Below, piece by piece: positions 26,697 through 39,229 of a DNA stretch of 64,000 bases. This DNA comes from Eledone cirrhosa. Lineage: Eukaryota. A model generated the notes under the pieces. It worked only from the letters and a program-made list of their open reading frames with translations. It was not told the origin of the DNA and made no database searches. The stretch is from NCBI GenBank assembly GCA_964016885.1, contig OZ024742.1:173724001-173788000 (forward strand). The letters run 5' to 3'. Positions within the stretch are counted from its first letter, which is position 1, and each line of letters begins with the position of its first letter. The position numbers were made by a program, and so were the translations under genes.

Positions 26697-27653
26697 ACTA
26701 GACATGAAAAATGCGCAAGCTCAAAAGTGCCACAGAATGTTATAATAAACCTTCAAAAGTGTGGGACTAGAGTTGTTGCTAAAAAATATTGTAATCATTA
26801 TATATCGTACATTCTGTGGCATCCTTTATAAAAATAGCTTAAACCAACGAAGCCTTTATTTTTACGCTATTTCACTTAGTTAATTCTTAGAGTGTAACAT
26901 ATAAAAATAAATACATCTATGTTTAATGTAATAACAGCTATAAATAATTACGTAATATTATTATCATATACTCATAGTAACAAAATAATTGTGTTGAAAC
27001 TTAATATGATGCTTATATGAACGATCAAATCTATAATGATAATTTCTTAAATATACTAATAGTAAAATAATTTAGTTATCTATTGTTACATTTTCATAGA
27101 ACTATAATATTAACAATCGTATTGCATTATCAAATTTTTATCACTACAAACTTTCATATTGGAATTACCTTAAGCCACTTATTATTACTTCGCTTTCGTA
27201 CTTTTACAGCTGTAGATATTGCGCTGTATCTTATATCTAATATCAATATCTCGTGGTAATTTGCATGAAGTGTAAAATAGGTTTATTAATAACTTTAATA
27301 AGAAATGTATTATACAGGGCTGCGGAGTCGGTCAAAAATTAACTGGCTCCAACTCAGGATCCGATACTCCATTATTTCCTAAATTTCAGCTCCGCAGCTC
27401 TGTTATTATATTAATTAATTTATTTTATAGTTGTAAATCATATTTTTATATGTTACACTCTAAGAATTAACTAAGTGAAATAGCGTAAAAATAAAGGCTT
27501 CGTTGGTTTAAGCTATTTTTATAAAGGATGCCACAGAATGTACGATATATAATGATTACAATATTTTTTAGCAACAACTCTAGTCCCACACTTTTGAAGG
27601 TTTATTATAACATTCTGTGGCACTTTTGAGCTTGCGCATTTTTCATGTCTAGT
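26697..27653. mobile_element. Fold-back/MITE-like element with 213 bp apparently identical inverted arms
   Basis: 26697-26909 is the reverse complement of 27441-27653; termini ACTAG...CTAGT. Confidence 0.85.
27315..27402. mobile_element. 88 bp hAT-like MITE
   Basis: TIR CAGGGCTGCGGAG / CTCCGCAGCTCTG; 8 bp TSD gtattata/ttattata (7 of 8 match). Confidence 0.65.
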
Positions 27654-27682
27654 ATAATATATATATATAATATATATATATA

Positions 27683-27717
<35 letters not shown>

Positions 27718-27788
27718 AAACAGAAATAGCAACACAATCGCTACACCATATGGAATGAATATATTAGGTTAACGCTTGAAAAAGCAGG

Positions 27789-27838
27789 CAGACGTTCTTA
27801 ACGTTTCGGACGCTAGTTCTTCATTAGAAGAATGACTG
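27789..27838 (-). ncRNA. Degenerate minimal hammerhead motif
   Basis: cagtcattctt-CTAATGA (core G>A)-AGAAC TAGC GTCC-GAAACGTTA^-agaacgtctg. Confidence 0.4.
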
Positions 27839-27902
27839 AGAAATTAGTAAGATTGAAGGGACGAGCGTATCGGAATTGTAAAATAAAAATATATATATAT
27901 AA

Positions 27903-28198
27903 TAATAATAATTGCTACTATGGGCGCAATGCCAGCAATTTGTTCGGGGGGGGGGGCGATTAAATTGACGCCAGTGAGTGATTGGTACATTATTTTATCG
28001 ACACCTAAGGATGTAAGGCAAAGCTAACCTCGGCGGGTTTTGATCTCAATAATAATAATGGTTTCTGATTTCGGCACTAGAGTAGCAATTTCAGGCGAAG
28101 GGAAATCGAATAAATCGAAACCTATAAGTGACTGATACATTATTTTATTGATCCGTAAGGCTGAAAGTCAATTCTAAACTCGGGGAGATTTGAACTCA
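27903..28198 (-). mobile_element. Two 5'-truncated SINEs separated by (AAT)n
   Basis: Both carry ttttatcga/ttttattga..aaggc..ctcgg..tttga(a/t)ctc and abut AAT repeats. Confidence 0.7.
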
Positions 28199-28513
28199 AT
28201 AATAATAATAATAATAAGAAGAATAACAATAATAATAATGTTTTCTTTATTAACCACAAGAGTTTACATAAAGTAGACATTAAGGACAGTACAGGACAAT
28301 ACAGGACGGTACAAATGGGCATTTCTGCGTGTAAAAAAAAACAGAGGATGAAATAAAATAACAAAGAAAAATTCCCCAATAGGGGGGAGACTTCCGAGGG
28401 ACATTTGTGTAGAAAGCCCATTAAAAGACCACAGTGGCCCTGACCACCAGGGCAAGTGCCCTCTCCCAGTTTTCCACCTTTAATTTACAGACACATACTC
28501 AGAGAAGGCCCAT

Positions 28514-31500
28514 TCATTCGGGCCATACTGCTTCTCTCACCCATCTTTCAACAAAATGCTGGGAAGAGAGCACTTCCCTCTCTACCCTGATTTTCCTTTT
28601 CAGATGAAATTTGAAAAAGTTAATCAGGGCATCACCGAAGAGGTAAGTGCTCGTCTTCAGCCCTTTCAAACGTGTCCACCATACTATCTCTTCCGCCATG
28701 GCCACCAGACAGATAAAAACTGCCTGCCCTTCCCGGCTAAAGGAAGGGGGCGGGGCAATCCTCACGATGGACTCAGCTGATAGCTGGATCGGTCCTACAC
28801 GTGACAGCAGGTGTTCGACATAAACCCACAAGTCAGCAATGCTCGGACACTGGACGAGTGCGTGCAGGACGGTTTCGTCGCCTTGCGCGCATCTCGGACA
28901 TGCCCGGCTGACGGCACCTCCATGCCCGTAGAGTTTATCCCGAACTGGCAAAGCTCATCGGTAGCACTGCCAGGCCAGGGATTTCTAGAAGTTGTCCATA
29001 GGCCCTGGCCCGAAAGTTCTTCCGAAGAGATTGGCTAGTTGATTTTCGTCGACGCCTAGAGTTTCTCCAAGTACGTCGTCGCTCTTCCCCTCCACTAATC
29101 CCCTATAGAACGCCAAGGTGGAGTTTCCACCGATCACATTGCCCGATTGGTCGAGGGCTGTGAGCGCCTGAAGACATTCCAGTCTCCAAGCGCTCCCTCT
29201 CGGTCTTCGCTTGACCCAGGACTGCAGCTCCGTCAAGGAGACGAGCTGGGGAAAAACGTGTCTCGCAAACGGCGACCACACCTGATCACCGTCGAGGAAG
29301 AGGTGTAGATGTCGTAGCCTGAGTGCGTGTCTGCGCATCATCAGCCACGGCATGCCCAGCCCTCCACGTAGCGGGTGTTGACAGCAGATGAACCGCCTGA
29401 CCATCGGAGCGCGTCCCTTCCACAAGAAGCGAAAGAGCAAACGCTCCAGCGCAGTCAGGCGGGGCATAGGACAAGGTACGACGGTCAGGCGGTAGTAGAT
29501 GACGGATGCGATGTACGCGTTCGCCACCTCCGCTCGACCTTTCAGGGATAGCTTCCTCTCGGCCCATTTCTGGGTGAGAGAAGCCACCCTGATCGTCACC
29601 TCGTCCCAGTTTTTGTCCGTCTGGAGGTCTGGACCGAACCAGACCCCTAGCAATTTAACCGGTCCGTCCGTCCAGCGCCCGACTACGCTGTTGGACGGCA
29701 TGGACCTGCCTCTCCAGGTGCCGAGCTACAGGCCCACTGACTTTTCCTGGTTGATCATTGCTCCTGTCACCGCTTCGTATTCTCTTAGTGTAGTGCCGAT
29801 CGCCTCGATATGTTTGGCGTTCGACACCACTACGGTGACATCGTCGGCATATGCTGACACGGATCTTCCGCATCCTAGTTCGCGCGGGACCCCCCTCAAC
29901 GTCTCCAGTTTGTGCAGTAATGGCTCGAGAGTCAATACGTACAATAGGGACGAGAGGGGACATCCTTGGCGGACCGAGCGCATGATGTTGAACGGTTCCG
30001 AAAGATGACCGTTCACTCTCACTACAGAGCAGATGTCGCTGTGCATGGCAGCGATCCAGCCTCTGAAGACGGGCCCAAAGCCAGCCGCCCTCAGGACTGC
30101 CGCTAGGTAACGATGGTCGACCCTATCGAAGGCATTCGACTGATCTAAATTGATCAAAGACCCACCCGTGCCAGGTTCCCAAGCTACCCTCTCTACGATG
30201 TATCGCATGAGGTGGAGGTTGTCGTGTATGGATCTGTCGGGAATGGCGCATGTCTGTGCCTCTCCCACCAGACCACCAACGACAAGCGCCAACCTCTTTG
30301 CTAGCACCTTGGCCAAAATCTTGAACTCTGTGTTTAGCAGAGTTATGGGCCTAAAATTATCTATGTTATCCCCCTTGTTCGGATCCTTTCTCAGCAGTGC
30401 CACCGCTCCTCGGCTCACAGAAATGGGAATTCTCCCGTTCTGTTGCCAGTTGCAGTAGACGTCCGCCAAGAGGCCTCCGAACAAGTTTGGCATTTGTACG
30501 TAAAGTTCATAGGGCAGACCATCCAAACCAGGCGATTTACCCCTTGTGCAACTAGTCATTGCATCCCGTACTTCAGCGGTTGTTATCGGCTTTTCGCAAC
30601 ACTCCGCCTCAGTAGCCGAAAGCCGCGGCAGTCCGTCGAGGTAGACACTAAAGTCCATCCCTCGATCCGGCCCGCCACTGCCCCCGAACAGTTGAGCGAA
30701 GTGTCGCTGAAAAGCTTCACACATTTGCCCGGGATCGAGTAGCATGCGCCCGTCGTGGTCCACCAAAGACCGGATCGTGGCTTTGTTGCCACGACGCGCC
30801 TCCGCCACTAGGGCCCATTGAACGGCTTTCGTCCCCTCGTGTCTGAGAGCACGCACCCTAGCTCTGACAACGCAGCCTTCGTGCTTTGCATTGAAGAATT
30901 GGTCAAGGGCCAATTTCGCCGCAAGTACGTCGGTCGCGATGCCTTTGCTAAGCGCCTCATCTAATTTTCTAACTAATTCTCCCTCTGCTTTATTTTTCTC
31001 TATTGCTAAAGTCTTACTAAACCTAATGGACTCTATTCTAATTGCTCTTTTCAGAGCAAACCACCACTTGTTGTTGACGATGGCCCCCGTCAACGCCCGC
31101 TTAACTAGTGCGCTAATCCGGTCTCTGTAGGCCTTATGCGCTGGTGAGGACGCGTTTAGCTTCCAGTAGCCGGGTCCTTGTCTATGAAGCCTATCTAAGT
31201 CAAGCACACAGATCACGAATTTGTGGTCCGTGTAGCTGACTATCTTGAATTGTGGACAGCCTATGCTAGACCTATCTATTTCCCTACAAAATACTCTATC
31301 TAGATATGATCTGGATGACCCTACGCGATTTGTCCAAGTCCACATTGGTACATTCGGGAAATCCATTCGGTACCTGTCAGACAGTTCAAAACGTCTGAGC
31401 AGGTTGGTGAGACTCTTGCACCCTCCTTCCCTATCCACTAATCCCACACAATCCCAGCGTGCATCTAAGATCCCGTTCCAGTCGCCCACTAACACTAAAG

Positions 31501-31903
31501 AGCGGGACGTTCCAAGAAAGGTCTCCAGATGCCGGAAGAAATCAGGCCGCCCTGCTCCTGTCGGGGCATAGACGGCCACTAACCTGAAAGCTTGCCCGTC
31601 TCCGCTGGTCACGTCCAGCACCACCAACTTACCTTCTGGGTCCAGGAAGATGGCCCGTATGGCAAGATCCAAACCTCTCCGAAAAAGCACAGCAACTCCT
31701 CCCGCCGATCCCGGACGGCTGGGAGATGCGTACACATCGTAGCCGCCGAAGATCGGTGCGAAAGCCCGTGCTTCGGAGATTCTGGTCTCGCTGATGGCCA
31801 CTACATCTATGTTTAGTGACCTGAGGTCGTTGAGCAGGTGGCCCTGCTTCCATGACGACCCCAAGCCACGCGCATTTATGCTGCCTATTCTGAGTGAGGT
31901 CAT
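28514..31903 (-). pseudogene. Tx1 ORF2 (APE endonuclease-RT-zinc finger), broken by two in-frame TAG stops
   Basis: SINARGL, ISET, VYAP, GDWN, LDR, TDH; KSPGLDGLP, FRPITLLN, QGCPLS, YADD; CPRC..HALVQC. The three ORF pieces share one frame, and the stops align with Gln in copy B. Confidence 0.93.
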
Positions 31904-31937
31904 GTTGAAAAGGAGTGGAAAAGATGGGAAAGACCAC

Positions 31938-33926
31938 TTACCTTACTTCTCGTAGGGGAAGGACGGTTTGTCCATCATTTACACTTCTTGTGGCCTCCTC
32001 AGGAAGGATGTCCTTATAAATCCTCCTGGAGAGTGCTTGTCGGAAGTCTCCGATGTCTTTGGGGAATTTTTGTTTTAGTGTCATGTACGTTTTCTGTGTG
32101 ATGCGAGTGATTTGTATGTGTGGAGGTGGTGTGAATTTTGGGGTTGTTGTGTAGTCTTTTTCTGTGATGCTGGTGTTGTGTTGGATGTAGTGCAATAATT
32201 GCTTGTTGTTCAAATTTAATGCTGTGTAGTGTGTATCGTTTTGGTTGTTTTGTTTTGTTTGCGTTTGTTGTGGGTTTGTTTCTGTTTCGCACTTTGGTGA
32301 CTTTTGTGGCGTAGGTGATGGTGGTGTTGGAGTTAATGATGGTGATGGTGATGGTGTTGGTGTTTGGGTTGATGGGGTTGGTGATGCTGGTGTGGATGGT
32401 GGCATATATGTCCTAACTTTTTTGTTTCTTAGTTTATTTGTTTCCCTCTGTATTTTGTTTTTGGAGGGGGAAGGAAGAGAATTTTTTTCTTTTTTGGTTT
32501 CTTTTTTTTTTTCCGGATATCGTTTCCCACTCCTCGTCGTCACAATCTGTCTCCAGTTGTGATAGGCCGGGGAGTGGAAAATCCTCCACAGCCGTTAGTT
32601 TTGGTTGTGGTGTGGTGGATGGTGTAGGCGTTGGTGCTAGTTCTGAAGCGTTGGGTGGTGGTGGTGTTGGTTTTGCTGGTGGTGGTAGTGGTGTTGGTTT
32701 TGCTACTGTTGCTGGGGTTGTTGCTGTTATAGTTGCTTCTGTTGTTGCTGCTACAGTTGTTGCTGCCATCTCTGCTACTGGTGGTGTTGATGGTTGTGTC
32801 ACTGGAGTGGGTAGGAGAGGTAGCCTCAACCTTTTAGCCTGAAGGCAGAAAGCCCTTAGGTGGGTTCCTTCACCACAAACGACACACCTAGGTCTTCTGC
32901 CCTCGACAATTACCGTGAGGTGGCTGCCGTCAGTGAGGTCTATTACCTCTGGGATCTCCTCAATGCTTTTTTGGTCCGCTTGGATCAGGAGCTCCATCCC
33001 AGATCCGGACCAGTTTTCCTGCTTTTCTTTTTCTATTGTTATTATTTTCGTGTTGGCCTCGATGCCGGCGAGGACAGCCGCTATTAGCCAGGGAATTTCG
33101 ATGGCCGGTGGAACGTGGGTCACCCTGATCTTTACGAGTCTCTGGCCACAATAGCTTGGGACGAGTGTGAAGTCGTCACTTTTTAATGGGGCCATGGAGT
33201 GTTCTCTAGCCTCCTCTGGTGTTTCAAAGAACACATCCACGGTTCCCTACTTTTGCCCACGTCTGATGTGGGTTTTTCTTGCCCACACATGTCCCAAAGC
33301 TTTTTGGATTTGGGACTCGGATGCCCGTTCCACTCGGCGCGATTTTACATTTATTGTTCTATACGACACGGTGCATAGGCGCCGATGCTCCATTTTATTA
33401 GGTGGGGGGTGAGGCTGACCCTGTACCCATCTTTCTTTACCATTTGTTTGGCATTTTCTAAATCTTCTTGAGTTACGGTAAATGCTTCGAATTGTTTTGC
33501 TACTCTGGCGAAACTGAGAGGGGGTTTTATAATGTCATTGTTGTTGTTGTTGCTATCGTTAATATTAATTTTAGTTTCAGTTGTGGTGGTGACGTCAGTC
33601 GTCTTTGGTGGGGAAGAGTCCATTTTGCTTGATTTCATTTCGACATCACGAGTTAATTTATTTTTTTCTTCTTTTGTTTCTGTTGTCGCGGTGGTGGTGG
33701 TGGTGGTGGTTGTCGCGGTGGTGGTGGTGGTGGAGGCTTTAACACCTGCAGTCATTGGTAATGGCGGGAAATGAATGTCTGCCTGAGACAAATTTAAAAT
33801 ATTGCTACTGCTTATATTTTTTTTTGTGTTGGCAAACGTAGTAACATTTACAATGGTGGTGTCGGTGTGAGGTGTTATTTTGTGAGGAAGGCTTTCAGCT
33901 GCTTCGTGCAGAGGTGAAGTAGCCAT
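31938..33926 (-). pseudogene. Tx1 ORF1 (gag-like nucleic-acid binding protein), frameshifted
   Basis: CVVCGEGTHLRAFC knuckle; Pro/Thr-rich region; homologous to 46582-48087. Confidence 0.85.
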
Positions 33927-34173
33927 TTTTTTTCAAAGAAATTTTTTGATAATAATAAAAGTTAAAATTTTGGGCACAAGGCCCCAATCTTTTTAGGTGT
34001 CCTTTTCGGAAAACAATGTATGTGTGCTTTAACAATAAAAGTTAACAATAAAAGTTAACAATAAAATTTTCCATAAATGGCAATTTTTTAAACAAACGGA
34101 AATAACAAACCTTTGCGGAGCTCACGATAATACGATTTCCTACGTAGGTCGCCAATAATAATAATAATAATAA

Positions 34174-36320
34174 ATGACCACCTAATAACAAATGACCTAT
34201 TTCCCATTGAGCAGAAAGGGTGTAAACGAGGCTCATATGGCTGTAAGGATCAGCTTCTGGTTAACAAAATGATACTGGAAGATTGTCATAATAGACACAA
34301 AAATCTATCGATTGCTTGGATAGATTATAAAAAAGCATTCGATAGTTTGCCACACAGTTGGATTGAAAAATGTTTAGAGATTTTCAAAATATTCCCCGTT
34401 GTCAGGAGGTTTCTGTCATTCAGTATGAAGACAGGGAGAACGACACTCCTTTTGAATAGTGAAACAAAATCACTGGAAGCTGGAGAAGTTAATATTAATT
34501 GTGGAATTTTTCAGGGTGACTCTTTATCACCGCTTTTATTCTGCATCGCACTTATACCATTAAGTAAAATGCTCAATGAAACAAAACATGGATATAGAGT
34601 CTATGACAAAACCATTAATCACCTGTTCTACATGGATGACCTGAAACTATTTGCAAAAAATGATCAACAATTGCAAGGGATATTATCCACTGTGAAGCAG
34701 TTCAGTGATGACATTAAAATGGAGTTTGGACTGGATAAATGCGCCAAAGCAACGTTCACCAGAGGAAAGCTGCTGAAGAGTTCAGACATTAATCTTGATC
34801 GGGGGAACGTGATAAGAGAGCTTGATCAAGAAAAAACTTACAAATATCTAGGTGTTTGTGAAGGAGACGGAATCAAGCACTCGACAATGAGGGAAAGGAT
34901 AAGGAAGGAATGTTACCGCAGAGTCAGAGCAATATTAAGAACGGAATTGAATGCAAGGAATAGGATCGATGCCATAAACACGCTTGCCATACCAGTAGTA
35001 ACCTACAGTTACAATGTCATCAACTGGTCAAGCACAGAGATCCGTAGGCTCGATACAAAAATTCAAAAATTCTTAACCATGCACAGAATGCATCACCCTA
35101 AGGCAGACATAGATAGAATATATCTCCCTAGAAAAGAAGGAGGACGTGGGTTAATCCAGTTAGACATTGCGTTGAAAACTGCAACAATTGCATTATCCAC
35201 ATATCTAAGGGAATCAGATGATTGGATGATCAAACTCGTTTTGAAACACGAAAGCACCAAAAGATCATATTCCATTACAAAAGATGCACAAAGATACAGT
35301 AATGGACTACAAAATTCAGAAGTCCCATTTACTGCTGAAATGGAAAACACAGAAAAAGCAAAGCAGGTAAAAGTAACTGCAAAGAAAGAACTGCTACAGA
35401 AACTGGCTAAGAAATGGCAAGAAAAGCATCTGTATGGAAAATACCCAGAGCGACCTAACAATCCTGATGTTGACAAAACTTTAACCCATCAGTGGTTGGC
35501 ATCCTCTGGACTGAAATCGGAGACTGAAGGACTGATTATATCGGCACAAGATCAGTGTCTGCCAACACAAAATTACCAAGCCAACATAATAAAGAATGGA
35601 TGCAGCCCATTATGCCGTGTATGCAAAAAACAACCAGAGACCATTGACCATATAATTTCAATGTGCAGTCCTATAGCTCCAACCGAATACCTAAACAGGC
35701 ATGACAGAGATGCACAATACATACATTGGATAATGTGTAAGCATTTTGACCTGCCCCATCAAAAGAATTGGTGGGAGCATCAACCACCTCCCATACTTGA
35801 AAAAGATCACATCTCTATCTTGTGGAACTTTAGCATCCAAACAGACCGAAAAATAGATGCAAATAGACCTGATATAATATTGAAGGACTTTCAAAGGAGG
35901 GTATGCCTGCTAATTGATATGTCTGTTCCAATAGACAAGAATGTATCTATAAAAACATTTGAAAAATTGAGCAAGTATAAGGACCTGGAGATAGAAATTG
36001 GAAAAATGTGGAAATTGAGAACTAAAACAATATCAGTGGTTGTGGGCGCTCTGGGAATGATACCTAAGGGGTCTAACGACTACTTATCGCAAATCCCAGG
36101 AAACCCGCGTATAGGAGAAATACAAAAGATAGTACTAATGGGAACTGCCCATATACTAAGGAAGATCCTGTCAATATAAGTACATCACAAGTCTAAACAC
36201 TAAGGATGCATGTGTGAATATGTATGTTCTTTCTTGAACATGGCGGACCTTGTTGTCTCTTGAGGTCACTGGTTGTGACTTGGTGATAACTCGTATGAAC
36301 ATAAAGCAACATAAATGCAA
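34174..36320 (+). mobile_element. R4/Dong-clade RLE non-LTR retrotransposon, family X copy 1 (5' truncated)
   Basis: Starts right after (AAT)n with [16 protein letters not shown]; 3' UTR ends in (AAT)n. Confidence 0.92.
34269..36179 (+). CDS. RT-CCHC-restriction-like endonuclease ORF (636 aa, N-terminally truncated, otherwise open)
   Basis: [62 protein letters not shown]. Confidence 0.9.
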   Translation: MILEDCHNRHKNLSIAWIDYKKAFDSLPHSWIEKCLEIFKIFPVVRRFLSFSMKTGRTTLLLNSETKSLEAGEVNINCGIFQGDSLSPLLFCIALIPLSKMLNETKHGYRVYDKTINHLFYMDDLKLFAKNDQQLQGILSTVKQFSDDIKMEFGLDKCAKATFTRGKLLKSSDINLDRGNVIRELDQEKTYKYLGVCEGDGIKHSTMRERIRKECYRRVRAILRTELNARNRIDAINTLAIPVVTYSYNVINWSSTEIRRLDTKIQKFLTMHRMHHPKADIDRIYLPRKEGGRGLIQLDIALKTATIALSTYLRESDDWMIKLVLKHESTKRSYSITKDAQRYSNGLQNSEVPFTAEMENTEKAKQVKVTAKKELLQKLAKKWQEKHLYGKYPERPNNPDVDKTLTHQWLASSGLKSETEGLIISAQDQCLPTQNYQANIIKNGCSPLCRVCKKQPETIDHIISMCSPIAPTEYLNRHDRDAQYIHWIMCKHFDLPHQKNWWEHQPPPILEKDHISILWNFSIQTDRKIDANRPDIILKDFQRRVCLLIDMSVPIDKNVSIKTFEKLSKYKDLEIEIGKMWKLRTKTISVVVGALGMIPKGSNDYLSQIPGNPRIGEIQKIVLMGTAHILRKILSI

Positions 36321-36340
36321 ATAATAATAATAATAATAAT

Positions 36341-36972
36341 AAACAGGCATGACAGAGCTGCACAATACATACATTGGATAATGTGTAAGCATTTTGACCT
36401 GCCCCATCAAAAGAATTGGTGGGAGCATCAACCACCTCCCATACTTGAAAAAGATCACATCTCAATCTTGTCGAACTTTAGCATCCAAACAGACCGAAAA
36501 ATAGATGCAAATAGACCTGATACAATATTGAAGGATTTTAAAAAGAGGGTATGCCTGCTAATTGATATGTCTGTTCCGATAGACAAGAATGTATCTATAA
36601 AAACATTTGAAACATTGAGCAAGTATAAGGTCCTGGAGATAGAAATTGGAAAAATGTGGAAATTGAGAACTAAAACAATACCAGTAGTTGTAGGCGCTCT
36701 GGGAATGATACCTAAGGGGTCTAATGATTACTTATCGCAAATCCCAGGAAACCCGCGTATAGGAGAAATACAAAAGATAGTACTAATGGGAACTGCCCAT
36801 ATACTAAGGAAGATTCTGTCAATATAAGTACATCACAAGTCTAAACACTAAAGATGCATGTGTGAGTATGTATGTTCTTTCTTGAACATGGCGGACCTTG
36901 TTGTCTCTTGAGGTCACTGCTTGTGACTTGGTGATAACTCGTATGAACATAAAGCAAGATAAATGCAATTGT
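36341..36972 (+). mobile_element. Family X copy 2, RLE domain and 3' UTR only
   Basis: Near-identical to 35693-36320; lies between (AAT)n tracts. Confidence 0.92.
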
Positions 36973-36995
36973 AATAATAATAATAATAATAATAT

Positions 36996-37768
36996 TGGTT
37001 GAAAAGAGGAGACCTTAAAAAGGCTACAGAAGGAATGTTAATGGCTGCGCAGGAGCAGGCCCTCAAAACGAAGTGGTTGAAACACCATATTTACAAGGAG
37101 GAGGCTAGCCCACTGTGCAGGATCTGTGGAGAGAGAGAGGAGACTGTGGCTCACATTGTATCCGAGTGTAAACAGCTAGCCCAGACCCACTATAAGGGCT
37201 GGAGACATGATGTGATGTGCAGGGTGATCCACTGGCACCTGTGCAAAGTAAACAATTTACCACATTCTGAGAAATGGTATGAGTATACGCCAGAGACGGT
37301 GATAGAGAACGATCAGGTGAAGGTGCTGTGGGATTTTAGGATACAGACGGAAAAGAAACTGGAACACAATAGACCTGACCTGGTGGTTGTGGACAAATAA
37401 AAAAGATCGTGCCTGATTGTGGATGTGGCCTGGCCATTCGACACGAGAGTGCAAGAGAAGGAGGGGGAGAAAATTAACCGATACCAGGACTTAAAGTGGG
37501 AGCTAAAAAGGATTTGGAACTGCCATGAAGTCAAAGTGATCCCGATTGTCGAAGGCGCACTGGGGACTATCTCAAAAAGTTTCCAGGGATGGTTAAAGAA
37601 AATCGGCCCCTTCACACTTTTTGCAACGCTTCAAAAGGCATGCTTGCTGGGGACAGCAAGCAAGAACCCTCCGATACGTCCTGAATATCTGAGGCTGCAG
37701 GTAGTGGCTTGATATTCATTCCAACAAACTTTCCAGTTAACTAACATTAATGACTGAGACTCAAGGAG
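36996..37768 (+). mobile_element. R4/Dong family Y, 5'-truncated copy
   Basis: CRICGEREETVAHIVSEC and RPDLVV; near-identical to 41955-42720; (AAT)n on both sides. Confidence 0.92.
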
Positions 37769-37947
37769 TAATAACAATAATAATAATAATAATAATAATA
37801 ATAGGGAAGAAGACGCACATGGTGGATAGAAGGTCGTGAAATCGCTCCCGTAAGTTTTGATTTTTAACATTTTTAAATTAATTGTGAAATAACAATTCTT
37901 AGTACAAATGATACATAAAGCATCCGGCTTAAGTCTCCCAAAATTCG

Positions 37948-38195
37948 GATCCATAATATATTGTTATATCGCTCAAATATTCAATTTTGTATTATACATT
38001 TTATATTCAAAAAAGAAAATGGTTATAAATGGAAGAAAACACCCTCTGTCTACACTATATAGAACAGCCAAATAACAACAATTTCACCAACACCACCAGA
38101 AACTAGATACACCACCTACCCCATCACCCCATCAACCCTCTGTGTATACTAAACACAACAGCCAGATAACGGCAATTTCGCCACCACCAATATCA
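37948..38195. repeat. Unassigned ~250 bp non-coding repeat, second copy at 48102-48345
   Basis: ggatccataatat...aaatggaagaaaac...aactagatacaccacc...cagccagataac is shared by both copies. Confidence 0.8.
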
Positions 38196-39229
38196 TCATA
38201 ATAATAATAATTACTATTATTATTGTCTCAAGTTTTAACAAAATGTTTAATTCCAATATTAAGAACACATGTCAACACATATACGCGACTAACCCCATAG
38301 ATTCACCGATCAAACAAAAATACAGTCTATTCAACAAAACTCAGTAACGACAACGCCATCACTACAGTCACCGCCGCCGCCGCCCATCAATCATTACTAC
38401 CACTATCCCATCACCGCCGCCACCACTCCTTCATTGCTACCACCGCATCCCCCCATTACTTTCTGTTAACTTACGAAAGGGGAAGGCGGCGGTATCACTA
38501 GACAATATTAATAAACAAGATTAATATTTAATTTTGGATCAGGAATGTTAGAGTCGAAAAGGAGGAAAATGACAAAATGACTAAATAACTAAAGATAATT
38601 TCACCACCAACACCATGAAAACTCTGGTCAACTCGACTCAACCGCTATTTCTACTCAAACTTCAACACCATCATTACAGTACTACGATCACATCACCACC
38701 ACCACTCCCTCATTATCGCTACCGCCGCTATTCTATCCCACTACTTCCTGGTAGTTGCTGCTAGCACAGCACCGCCACCACAACCACCACCACTGCCTCA
38801 TTATCACTACCGCCGCTATTCTCTCCCGCTAGCCCTTGCTACATCGTAGAATCCCCACTAAAAGAGGAGGGCATCAAAATATATAAATAGACTGAATTGA
38901 TGTCCCGGTCAAAATCAAAAATACAAAAATCAAAATCAAAGCAGCACAGCAACAACGAAAAACGTAAAGAAAATAAAAATGAAGAGAAAAACAAACAGAC
39001 GGACAGAAAAGGGAAGGGAAAAACTAAGTCAGACATTCAAACACCACATTACAATGAAACTTATGCTTATTCATTTTGGGGGTTTCTTTTGCCTGTTTGT
39101 TTGTTTGTTTATTTATGTTCGTCTACAGCGTGATAATGCCACACAAAAAAAAACGTGGAGTGACGAAACCACCGGAGGCGATGAAATCACCTGTGGTTAT
39201 GTAACCATACATTCGGCAATCCTCGATAA

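Larger units (their letters stand above)
28240..34153 (-). mobile_element. Full-length Tx1-type (L1 group) LINE, copy A, flanked by (AAT)n on both sides
   Basis: ORF1 with CCHC knuckle; ORF2 with APE, RT and C-terminal Cys domain; 3' end cttgtggttaataaagaaaac(att)n. Confidence 0.93.

Noticed and set aside
29499-33774. Plus-strand ORFs over Tx1 copy A (also antisense ORFs over families X, Y and Tx1 B)
   Set aside because: Antisense shadows of GC-richer coding sequence with no motifs.
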